Positions 45,416 to 53,519 are shown, counted from the stretch's first letter. The stretch is DNA of 53,970 bases from Pyrinomonadaceae bacterium (GCA_035577445.1 DATLVM010000223.1:1-53970); one strand, 5' to 3'. Numbers and translations are program-made. Notes: generated from the letters alone by a model not told the origin.

Positions 45416-46603
45416 ATGTCAACACCTCACATGCTTTCTACTAACTTATATCTGTCTAACACGGCCAATGTACTTTCAGCCGGCCAACAACTGCGAGACA
45501 TGTTGGGCGAAGATGTCGAGACGCTGGATTACGCAGTGACACGTTTGGAAGAAGCCTCCAGAAATCAGGAAGATGGGGCGACTAAGTATCGTGCGTTCAT
45601 GTTCGCTGAGCTGGAGACGAGCGGAGCTGTGCAAAAAGAGAGGCGAGAAAGGATAACTGAAGATGTATTTGCCAGTGTACTGACGGATCTGCAAATAGCG
45701 AACGTGTTAATGGCAGCGGGAAATGCCGTAGGAGAGACTAATGGCGACTCAAGGCCTCAATTGCTTGACGAAGCTTTGAACGATTTGGATGAGACGACTC
45801 CGGTGATTCAAAGAGGTCTATCCAGTCCACTGGCCAAAGGGTCAGAGCCAGGTCGTTTCAACTTTTCAGGAACTTCTGCTCAACCAACTGTTTTCACATC
45901 AGCCGACGTAGCCTCTGCCGTTCAAACCTTTCAGAAAACTTCCTATGAGACTCTGGATAAGCTTGTCGGCGGTGTCCATGAGGTAGCCCTTGGCGTTTTC
46001 GACGCCTTACAACGGCTTGGTCCGCAAGAAATATTAGAAGCGCTGAACCAATTGGGAGGACCCGTGCAAACCTTCACCGGCATGATACGTCGGTTGATTA
46101 ATCAGGGAATCCAGAAGATGAAACAAGCCCTTGACGATTTGGTCCGCCTGATAGGCAACGATGCGATCGCGAAACTGAGAGACAAGATCAAAGAATTGTG
46201 GAAAGACAGAGAGCAGGGAATAATCGATAAGCTTCTAGCCAAGATTGTCGGCGTTGAGAACACGCGTGCCAGTATTACAACCATCTTGAGTCTCGAGGGG
46301 ATTGACAGGGACACTGCGGATCGCGGCAGCAACGATCTGTCACAACTCTTGATTCCGTACAGGAACAATGTGGAAATGGCAAAAAAAGCTGTGAAAGCGA
46401 TCAGCTTTGGCAGCAGCGTGCTAATCTTGACGCCAATTGCCGGTCATCATATAGCGCTATTTGCGGCTTCCTCTTATCTGATAATCCTAACGGCTGTCAT
46501 TCTGATTGCAATGGACTATGCCGACTCAGGGGGCATTCTTCAGCGCGTTCGCGGGGTAGGCGAGATTGCCGAGGGCCTCCGAGCACACGGGACCGTCCAA
46601 TAA
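45416..46603 (+). CDS. hypothetical helical protein with C-terminal two-helix membrane anchor (cargo gene A)
   Basis: RBS AGGAAGGG. 395 aa, predicted largely helical from composition. The C-terminus contains AISFGSSVLILTPIAGHHIALF and SSYLIILTAVILIAMDY. No signal peptide. Confidence 0.7.
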   Translation: MSTPHMLSTNLYLSNTANVLSAGQQLRDMLGEDVETLDYAVTRLEEASRNQEDGATKYRAFMFAELETSGAVQKERRERITEDVFASVLTDLQIANVLMAAGNAVGETNGDSRPQLLDEALNDLDETTPVIQRGLSSPLAKGSEPGRFNFSGTSAQPTVFTSADVASAVQTFQKTSYETLDKLVGGVHEVALGVFDALQRLGPQEILEALNQLGGPVQTFTGMIRRLINQGIQKMKQALDDLVRLIGNDAIAKLRDKIKELWKDREQGIIDKLLAKIVGVENTRASITTILSLEGIDRDTADRGSNDLSQLLIPYRNNVEMAKKAVKAISFGSSVLILTPIAGHHIALFAASSYLIILTAVILIAMDYADSGGILQRVRGVGEIAEGLRAHGTVQ

Positions 46604-46645
46604 TCCGGGAATTATAGGCAAGCCACCACTTGGTAAGGACGAACA

Positions 46646-47842
46646 ATGTCGGGTTTAGAGCGTACCGCTTTGGATGAAAAATCCCTCATATTAGTACATG
46701 TGCGTGCCCTGCTTGAGCAACTCGATTGGGCCGAGTCTTCATTGCGCACCACTGGTATCGAGCCTCGGATAATGGAGGCCGCGAGAGTTGGTTTTGCCGT
46801 CTTATTTAAGCAGAGGCGAAATGAGCTGACGCGTATGCAAGCCTCAATCGCTAAAGGCGCGATACAGGCCGACGCCTGGAAGCAATTGCGAACCTTCAGG
46901 CGTTCATGCGCAGAGCTCTTCAAGGAGTGTCTTGAGTTTCTGGGGGGCGCCATGCTCCGTGCCGCGCATAAAAAAGATGACATTTGCGAAATTGCGGACG
47001 CCCTATTAATTGAATTAAGTCGCAATACCCCGATTCAGTGGAAAGGCGTCACGCTGTTGGCCGAGGCCAATTTTTTTACCGAGACGACGGGGCTGATACG
47101 TTTACCGTTTCCCGATTACGGTATCTGGAACTTGCCGATTGCGGTCCATGAGCTCGGACATTTCATTGGACCTCGGATTCCCGATGGAATGGGCGGCTTT
47201 CCATTCCAAGCGCTTCAACAAAATGTCCCGGCTAGCCTCTCAGTCAAAGGCGTGGAACAGGAAAAATCTCATTTGCGGGAACTCTTTTCTGATCTGTTTG
47301 CGACGTATGCCCTGGGCCCTGCCTATGCTTGTTCTTGTATCCTACTGCGTTTCGATCCTCAAGATGCCACGGCTTGCGAGGACAGCGAAACACATCCCAG
47401 CCATGCCAAACGCGTCCATTTCATTCTTAAAGCGCTTGACCAGATGAGTAAAACTACTGAGGGATGGCCTTATGCGAACATGATCGACCACCTGCAAGCT
47501 CTTTGGGATCGGATTCTGACACGCGCCGGGCACGAAAAATGTCTCGACGAAAAAAAGATTCCGCCTCTTAACTACCAGTTGTTTGAACTCTACCCGATAC
47601 TCGCCAAATTTGTGCCGACAGTTCAATACGACGGTTGGGACCGCGCCGTTGCACTGAGTAACGAACTGTCGCTTGGCCGGAAACCGGCGGCGCTCCTGCA
47701 AGCTGAGGATACAATCGCTGACGTGCTTAATGCCGCCTGGTTATGGCGGCTGCGACAAAATGTTGAGAACAGCAACACTGTGCATCAGGTGAATCTTGAA
47801 GCTATTGCCCTGTGTCGCGAGGTCATCGGCGTCGGCCGATGA
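46646..47842 (+). CDS. HExxH zinc-metallopeptidase-like protein (cargo gene B)
   Basis: LPIAVHELGHFIG is followed 40 residues later by RELFSDLFATYALGPAY, a candidate third-ligand Glu and gluzincin-like helix. RBS AAGGACG. Confidence 0.7.
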   Translation: MSGLERTALDEKSLILVHVRALLEQLDWAESSLRTTGIEPRIMEAARVGFAVLFKQRRNELTRMQASIAKGAIQADAWKQLRTFRRSCAELFKECLEFLGGAMLRAAHKKDDICEIADALLIELSRNTPIQWKGVTLLAEANFFTETTGLIRLPFPDYGIWNLPIAVHELGHFIGPRIPDGMGGFPFQALQQNVPASLSVKGVEQEKSHLRELFSDLFATYALGPAYACSCILLRFDPQDATACEDSETHPSHAKRVHFILKALDQMSKTTEGWPYANMIDHLQALWDRILTRAGHEKCLDEKKIPPLNYQLFELYPILAKFVPTVQYDGWDRAVALSNELSLGRKPAALLQAEDTIADVLNAAWLWRLRQNVENSNTVHQVNLEAIALCREVIGVGR

Positions 47843-47921
47843 CCATGAACTCTTGACTCCTGATAAGACTGCTTATCAGGTTCACAAGAGTTCGCGCCGA
47901 AGTGAACAAGGAGAATGTGAT

Positions 47922-49229
47922 ATGGACCTCATCATTAAAATACGATTAGAGGCACTGAAAAATAACTTAACCAAGATCCGCCAGATCTTAGAATCGGTGA
48001 AGGGCCGGCGATACGAGATCGATGAGTTGAGCAACGGTCTAACCCTTTCCCAGGAAAAGCTTGACTTGGTGGGGGAAAACGTCACGAACGTTTTGAATAC
48101 ATCACGAAACACATTCGCCAGGAAGCAAATAGATGAAGGTCTCACGCGGCTGTTGGAAGTCGCCGAAGAAAAGGCAATTAGTCTCCGTCAAGACTTAGAG
48201 AAGACCAAGGAAGCCATTAAGGCGATACAGACTCGATGGACGCTGATAGAAGAAGGATTTGAAGCTAAAGTTAAGGAAGATCTAGATGACAAGATTGGCT
48301 CATGGTTTAACGAAATCGACGATGACATCAAGGCGCTCAGCGGCGCCCCATCCAGCGTATTGAATAAGCAAATTGAAAAAGCCTGGGGCGACTATAACAA
48401 AATCATGTCGCAGCAGAGCCAACTTGTTTTCTCTAACTATGTGGAATTTCTTGGCGGGCTAGCGTTGCGCGGCGCTGGCCTTGATGAAGGAATCTGCCGG
48501 ATAGCCGATGAGCTAATGCGAAGTTGCGGCTCATTTGGAACAACCCATTGGTCGGCGCTGACCATTCCGGCGAGTCAAGAAGCCATGACGCTGGCGCGCA
48601 GCATTCGCGTGCGATTTCCGGAGTGGACCATATGGGCCGTTCCGCTTACGGCCCACGAATTAGGACAGGTCGTGATAAGAGGCAACTCTAAACTTGAAAG
48701 TTACATTAATATGCAATACCCGGCTCGCACTAAGAAAACCATGAAGAAGGCCATGAAAGGCCAACAGCATATGCGCATCTATTTGGCGGATGCTTTTGCC
48801 ACTTATGTGATGGGGCCTGCCTATGCCTGCTCCGTAATCCTGCTTCGATTCAATCCCCTGTCAGACAATCAAGACAGCGACTATCCCGCAGATGCCAAAC
48901 GAGCACACGTTGTATTAAGTACGTTGAAGAAGATGGGGAGCGATCCGCTTATTGGCACGCCCTACGAGGATATTGTCGATAAATTGAAAATCGAATGGGA
49001 TGCTGCCCTCGCTCAGGCACAAACCCAAGCCCCCGCGACTTGGGACGAAGACGTAATGCTCCTCGATGGATGGATTGATCGTTTATTGGAAGAACTAAGC
49101 ACGACCTATCCCAACAGCCTATATCAGGGCGGACTGTGGAAGAGCACGCGAGAGGCCTTGAAGCTTCTTCTTAAGGGCGAAGACCCCGGAGGTAAATTGA
49201 AAGGGCGCGAAGATTGGGGGACGTGCTGA
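47922..49229 (+). CDS. coiled-coil + degenerate (HELGQ) zincin-like paralog of gene B (cargo gene C, main frame)
   Basis: ATG 47922 lies after AAGGAGA. It aligns with gene B through EFLGG, ICxIAD, IWxxPxxxHELG, FATYxxGPAYACSxILLRF and AKRxHxxL. It has HELGQ instead of HELGH and RIYLAD instead of RELFSD. The frame ends at TGA 49227-49229 just after a G5 run. Confidence 0.7.
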   Translation: MDLIIKIRLEALKNNLTKIRQILESVKGRRYEIDELSNGLTLSQEKLDLVGENVTNVLNTSRNTFARKQIDEGLTRLLEVAEEKAISLRQDLEKTKEAIKAIQTRWTLIEEGFEAKVKEDLDDKIGSWFNEIDDDIKALSGAPSSVLNKQIEKAWGDYNKIMSQQSQLVFSNYVEFLGGLALRGAGLDEGICRIADELMRSCGSFGTTHWSALTIPASQEAMTLARSIRVRFPEWTIWAVPLTAHELGQVVIRGNSKLESYINMQYPARTKKTMKKAMKGQQHMRIYLADAFATYVMGPAYACSVILLRFNPLSDNQDSDYPADAKRAHVVLSTLKKMGSDPLIGTPYEDIVDKLKIEWDAALAQAQTQAPATWDEDVMLLDGWIDRLLEELSTTYPNSLYQGGLWKSTREALKLLLKGEDPGGKLKGREDWGTC

Positions 49230-49408
49230 ACGCAGCCTGGGCCTGTCGGGTTGATAACGTGGACGAGTCCCTGAAGATTGCTAAGAACGCCGAAGAACTG
49301 TGGCGCCAGATTGAAAAGAAAAAGAGTGAGACTCCAGAGCGTCAGGTCTCCTCATCTGGATATCCAGCAAACAGAGTTCCCCGCATTCAAGCGGACAAGA
49401 AGTCATGA
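49214..49408 (+). CDS. C-terminal segment of cargo gene C in the -1 frame
   Basis: GDVLNAAWACRVDN aligns with ADVLNAAWLWRLRQN near the C-terminus of gene B. Its stop overlaps the ATG of the TPR gene (ATGA at 49405-49408). Confidence 0.6.
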   Translation: MGDVLNAAWACRVDNVDESLKIAKNAEELWRQIEKKKSETPERQVSSSGYPANRVPRIQADKKS

Positions 49409-51795
49409 CAACCAAAAACTCGCGAAGTCGACATTCGAACGCCACCGGCCTGCCGCTGACTAATCTGGAAAGCAGATTTGATCTGGCCCCAGCCGTGCGC
49501 TTGCCCAGTCCCGATTCTTTCGCGCCATACCGATCGGATCTTAACCGGGCTTTGAGCGAATATAATCTGGCAAACTTTGACGAAGCCAAGTTAATCCTTA
49601 GCAAGCTGTCGTCAGGTCTAAAACAGATCCTGGACACTAAAGTCAAAGACAGTGGGCAAGCTCATTTGTTATACGCCTCGACATTGACTGCTCTAGGTCG
49701 GACTTGCGAACGATTGGGCCAGGAAAAAGGCGCCACCAGCGCCTTCGAAAAAGCAGCGGCGGAGTTCAAAAAGTGGATTTCCGAAGCAGAAGAACCCGCC
49801 GATCAGTTGTATTCAGATTACGGCGTAGCCCTTTTTAAGATTGCGCGCCCAAGGTTAACCATTCAAGTTTTTCGCGAGGTTCTCAAGCGAGGGACTCTTA
49901 ACGCTGAGAGCAATCGTTATATGGGCATCTGCCTGGGTCGACTAGGCAAATACAAGGAGGCCGAGGAGCGTTTTAGCGAAGCTCTCAAACAAGATCCGGA
50001 TCACTACATGACGCATAAGGCCCTGGGTGAGATGCTTGCAAAGCAGGGCAAGATTCATGAAGCAGTGGTCGAATACCACGCCACAGTTCTTTATATGGTC
50101 GACTCCGGATTGGCGGATGAGGCTCTCGATATTTTGGAACACATCCTGAAGTTGACAAAGCGGGATTCGCAATACCTCGCGCTCAAGGGAGAGATTTTAC
50201 GTAGTAAGGGCGATTTAAAGGGCGCGTTCAGAGCCTTAAATCAGAGTCTCAAGCGCCAGCCAAAAAATGCATTTGCCAGCGCCGTAAAGGGCTTGGTGTT
50301 GTTAGCGTTGAATAAGAATGAGGAGGGCGTTCGCCTTCTGGAGAAAGCCCTTAGGTTGGACTCGACCCTCGACTGGGTGCCCCTGGAATTGGCTAACGCT
50401 CAATATAGGATGAGACGTTACAAAAGGGCTCTGTCCGCTTTGAATCAGGCTCTGGCTAGAGACCCTGGCAATGTGAGCGCGTTGTCTCATAAGGCAGAAA
50501 CCCTAAATGCTATGGGTCGAAACACCGAAGCCCTCCTGGTTTTGGACGAAGCCCTCAAACTCAAACCAGACGCACTCCTCCTGGGGTTAAAAGGACGAGT
50601 GCTACGCCACTTGAATCGCTACGAGAAAGCCCTCAAGGTCCTGCGAGCGTCGATAAATCTTGACGCTCGTGTTGCCTGGGTTCATGCAGAGTTAGGCGCC
50701 GTTCTTTATGCTCTTGGCCAAAACGAAGAAGCGCTCCAAGCGGTGATTGACGGCCTCGCAATTCAGCCAGATAACGTCTTTGCCTTAAGTTACAAGGGTG
50801 AGATCCTCCGAGCGCTCGAAAAAAGCGAGGAGGCGCTGCAAGTCATGAATCAAACCCTGGCATTGTCTCCCCACGATCCCTGGGCACTCGGCACTAAAGG
50901 CCAAGCGCTTCGCGATGTGGGGCGGGCCGGAGAAGCTATTGACGTCCTGCAACAGTCAATCGAACTTGACCCGACATTAGCGTGGGTACACTTAGAACTA
51001 AGCGCAGCGCATTATGGTCTGGGCCACTACCGGTCCGCCTTGGAATCGCTAGACAAGGCGTTGCGACTCCAGAATGATAGCGATTGGTACCTCTTCAAAG
51101 CTCACATCCTCTGTGAGGTCGCCGAGTTCAAGGCTGCGGTCAAGGCCCTGCACCGCGCAATCCAAATTAATAGGAATGTCGCAGAGGCGTTCGGCCTTTT
51201 GGGATGGGCCTTACAACATCTCGGAGTCAAGCAGGCAAGAAACACATTACAGGCTTATGAATCTGCCGTAAACCTGGAGCCGGATAACTTATGGTGGCAT
51301 AAAGGCGTCGCCAACAGTCTCTACCTAATGGGCAACCAAAAGGGAGCTGCCGCCAAATACAGATGGGTCGTGGAGCAAGCTAGAAGGCGGGCTAAAAAAG
51401 AAAATGCTGAGGCAAAATTTCTGTCGCTGGTCGCTTGGTGCCAATATCGTCTCGGGAAGTGCGAACAGGCCGTACAACTATTCAGTGAGGTTATTTCGCT
51501 CGATCCGCAGCAGTTTGCCAGCCAATTCGATTTAGCTTTGTCTCTGATTTGTTGCGGACGTTATAGTGAAGCGTTGCGCGAGTATAACCGCGGAGTAAGA
51601 GCCTCGATGGAATTACCCGCACTACGGTGTCGCAGCCTGACCTTTGTGGCTTTGTACGACCTCAACATAGCCGTGAGAATGCACCGTCAGTTAGCAGAGG
51701 TAGAAGAGTTAAATGAAGCCCGAGCTCTGCTCGAAACTACCTACAAGCAATCATCGGAACTTGGCGCTCTGAGCCAGACTGTAGCTCCGGAATAG
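49405..51795 (+). CDS. large TPR-repeat protein (cargo gene D)
   Basis: 796 aa. There are more than 15 consecutive 34-aa TPR-like units with the pattern A-x3-L-x2-AL-x-L-x-P-x3-A/W repeated throughout. Confidence 0.85.
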   Translation: MTTKNSRSRHSNATGLPLTNLESRFDLAPAVRLPSPDSFAPYRSDLNRALSEYNLANFDEAKLILSKLSSGLKQILDTKVKDSGQAHLLYASTLTALGRTCERLGQEKGATSAFEKAAAEFKKWISEAEEPADQLYSDYGVALFKIARPRLTIQVFREVLKRGTLNAESNRYMGICLGRLGKYKEAEERFSEALKQDPDHYMTHKALGEMLAKQGKIHEAVVEYHATVLYMVDSGLADEALDILEHILKLTKRDSQYLALKGEILRSKGDLKGAFRALNQSLKRQPKNAFASAVKGLVLLALNKNEEGVRLLEKALRLDSTLDWVPLELANAQYRMRRYKRALSALNQALARDPGNVSALSHKAETLNAMGRNTEALLVLDEALKLKPDALLLGLKGRVLRHLNRYEKALKVLRASINLDARVAWVHAELGAVLYALGQNEEALQAVIDGLAIQPDNVFALSYKGEILRALEKSEEALQVMNQTLALSPHDPWALGTKGQALRDVGRAGEAIDVLQQSIELDPTLAWVHLELSAAHYGLGHYRSALESLDKALRLQNDSDWYLFKAHILCEVAEFKAAVKALHRAIQINRNVAEAFGLLGWALQHLGVKQARNTLQAYESAVNLEPDNLWWHKGVANSLYLMGNQKGAAAKYRWVVEQARRRAKKENAEAKFLSLVAWCQYRLGKCEQAVQLFSEVISLDPQQFASQFDLALSLICCGRYSEALREYNRGVRASMELPALRCRSLTFVALYDLNIAVRMHRQLAEVEELNEARALLETTYKQSSELGALSQTVAPE

Positions 51796-51991
51796 GCAAT
51801 GCTAGCCGCCTGCGACTCTTCCAAGGTGCCTTCGTTCGAATACCTGCGCTGAAACCAGGTAGGCGATCTGTCGTTAGCCGGTCGCGAAAGTTAGGAGTGA
51901 CGAAAACTCAAGACGGCAAGGGGCAAAAAGGCTCTGAACAAATTCATAGCAAAATAAAACTGCCTCCCCGGAGGCGGACATAGGAAACTTT

Positions 51992-52120
51992 CAACTTATG
52001 CCCGAAAACTGTAGGAAATTTTCACGTTATGCCCGACTTTATTTTCACTTAATGACCGAATCGCGCCTATAAGTCGTTGATACCACGTAGAAGCTATTTC
52101 ACTTAATCACCGAACCCACA
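51992..52120. repeat. transposon end B: four copies of the inverted subterminal motif
   Basis: The reverse-complement motif occurs as CAACTTATGC (51992), CACGTTATGC (52023), CACTTAATGA (52046) and CACTTAATCA (52100). Each is followed by CCGA(A/C). Confidence 0.8.
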
Positions 52121-52565
52121 GACGCCGCCGATGCGCAAGCTTCTTACGTCGTGCAACAACAATCGGGAGCAACTAGATCGAAAACGCCACGAAGCCGCCA
52201 AGATTAGAAAATAGAAGAGCGAAAGTATCCAGCCTGTAGACGACCGGCCCAAGACCCCAGGATTCTCCGCGACCGTCTTTGCCTTTGCTCAAGGCACTCA
52301 ACGAAAATTGCGCCGAGCGAACCCGCCAGATTTTTTTCTCAACAACTAAACCTTTCCGCAGCAACACCCACTTATAGCGATGTCTGGAGAAGACAAGCGA
52401 CCTATTCAAGGGGAAAACCTGAAACCCATCGATTGTCGCTCGCGCTACGCCAAAAAAAATGAATTACCAGCGGTTAAATACTCATGGCGGCTATCGCTTA
52501 TTACGGATGCGGCGGTAACACAAAACGCCTTGTTAAAGCGTCCATTCAGCTAAAGGAGATCAACC

Positions 52566-52970
52566 ATGCCATCGATCAACAATCGTCAACTGACTCTGAC
52601 CACCGTCAATGACAATGTCACCATCAATGTTGCCTACAACGCGGTTTTTAGCGCATTTGAACGGCGCTTAGCCGGGCTCGGTTTGGCGTTCCGAGAAAGA
52701 ATTGCTGTACTCGGGGTGGATCCCGACGAGGGATCCACAACCGGCTCGGTTTTGCATAACTTCACCGGTACAAATTTAGCGGTAACGGACGGTGCCGCCT
52801 CACAGACAATCCCGCGTAATGTCTCAATGACTGTCCCCAGAAGGTCGCTGCAAGAGGATACCGCAGGGGATAGAGATGAGATTTGTTGTAGGATTCGAAT
52901 AGAAGCCAATGGTCTTCCGCCCGCAGTGACGCCGGATGCCTTTACTGATCAGGAGAATCTACTCGGATAG
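52566..52970 (+). CDS. hypothetical protein (134 aa)
   Basis: Strong RBS AAGGAGA lies 7 nt before the ATG. No recognisable motif. Confidence 0.55.
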   Translation: MPSINNRQLTLTTVNDNVTINVAYNAVFSAFERRLAGLGLAFRERIAVLGVDPDEGSTTGSVLHNFTGTNLAVTDGAASQTIPRNVSMTVPRRSLQEDTAGDRDEICCRIRIEANGLPPAVTPDAFTDQENLLG

Positions 52971-53032
52971 CAAAGCTAAAGCCTAACAAGGGCATCGTGG
53001 TTCATAGGTAAGAACTTCGAGCCACCTCTCGG

Positions 53033-53071
53033 CCGCTGCGCTTCTCGGAAAAATGCGGCGGGCGATTTTTT
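53033..53071 (+). terminator. possible rho-independent terminator
   Basis: CCGCTGC (53033-53039) pairs with GCGGCGG (53055-53061), including one G-U. It is followed by GCGATTTTTT. Confidence 0.4.
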
Positions 53072-53160
53072 GAGTCACCGGCGCCAAATCCTTCACACCA
53101 ACCCAGACTCGGCGTATCATGACGCGCCTAGCAGAACCAGCCTAACAACTCACGTTAGGG

Positions 53161-53429
53161 GATCCGATCGAACAGTACGAAGACGATCCGAACATGACCG
53201 TGGTCGACGCCGGCAGCCGAAACCTGATCGTCGCTTATCCTGACGAAATTCTCTTTGAGGGATTGACAAGATGGTGCGCAACGACATCGGACGCTTACCG
53301 GTTGTCAATCGCGAGCATCCGCGGCAGCTTGTAGGGCATCTCGGCCGGGCGGCGGTAATGACCGCACGGCTGCATCGTCACAGAGAAGAGCATGAACGCG
53401 AGCCGGGATGGTTGCAAAGATTGGCGTAA
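53161..53429 (+). pseudogene. remnant of the C-terminal CBS-domain region of a larger gene (frameshifted, N-terminally truncated)
   Basis: 53271-53429 encodes MVRNDIGRLPVVNREHPRQLVGHLGRAAVM..., a typical second CBS motif. The preceding frame reads ...NLIVAYPDEILFEGLTR and is offset by one nucleotide. No upstream body of the gene is present. Confidence 0.45.
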
Positions 53430-53519
53430 TCACTTTGTGCTTTCTCGTGGGACTATTCACGTCGCCGGGTGCCTATCTCAAAAACGTGAATGCGCCGCGG
53501 GCATGTAAAGCACGCACGT

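Larger units (their letters stand above)
44977..52120. mobile_element. 7,144-bp non-autonomous transposon-like element (Tn7/Tn5053/Mu/IS21-style ends) with four-gene cargo
   Basis: The ends are TGTGGGTTCGGTCATAAAGTGA (44977-44998) and the reverse complement of 52099-52120 (TGTGGGTTCGGTGATTAAGTGA), matching 20/22 with the first 12 identical. A 5-bp direct repeat GACGC sits at 44972-44976 and 52121-52125. Subterminal repeats are present at both ends. No transposase-like ORF lies inside. Confidence 0.8.

Noticed and set aside
47796-47921. Upstream TTG start of cargo gene C overlapping gene B
   Set aside because: It has no RBS and overlaps the end of B. ATG 47922 has a strong AAGGAGA RBS at proper spacing.
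52173-52409. 78-aa minus-strand ORF between the transposon end and the 52566 gene
   Set aside because: It has no RBS, an odd composition and no motif. The region is more likely the displaced former upstream non-coding region of the fad operon.
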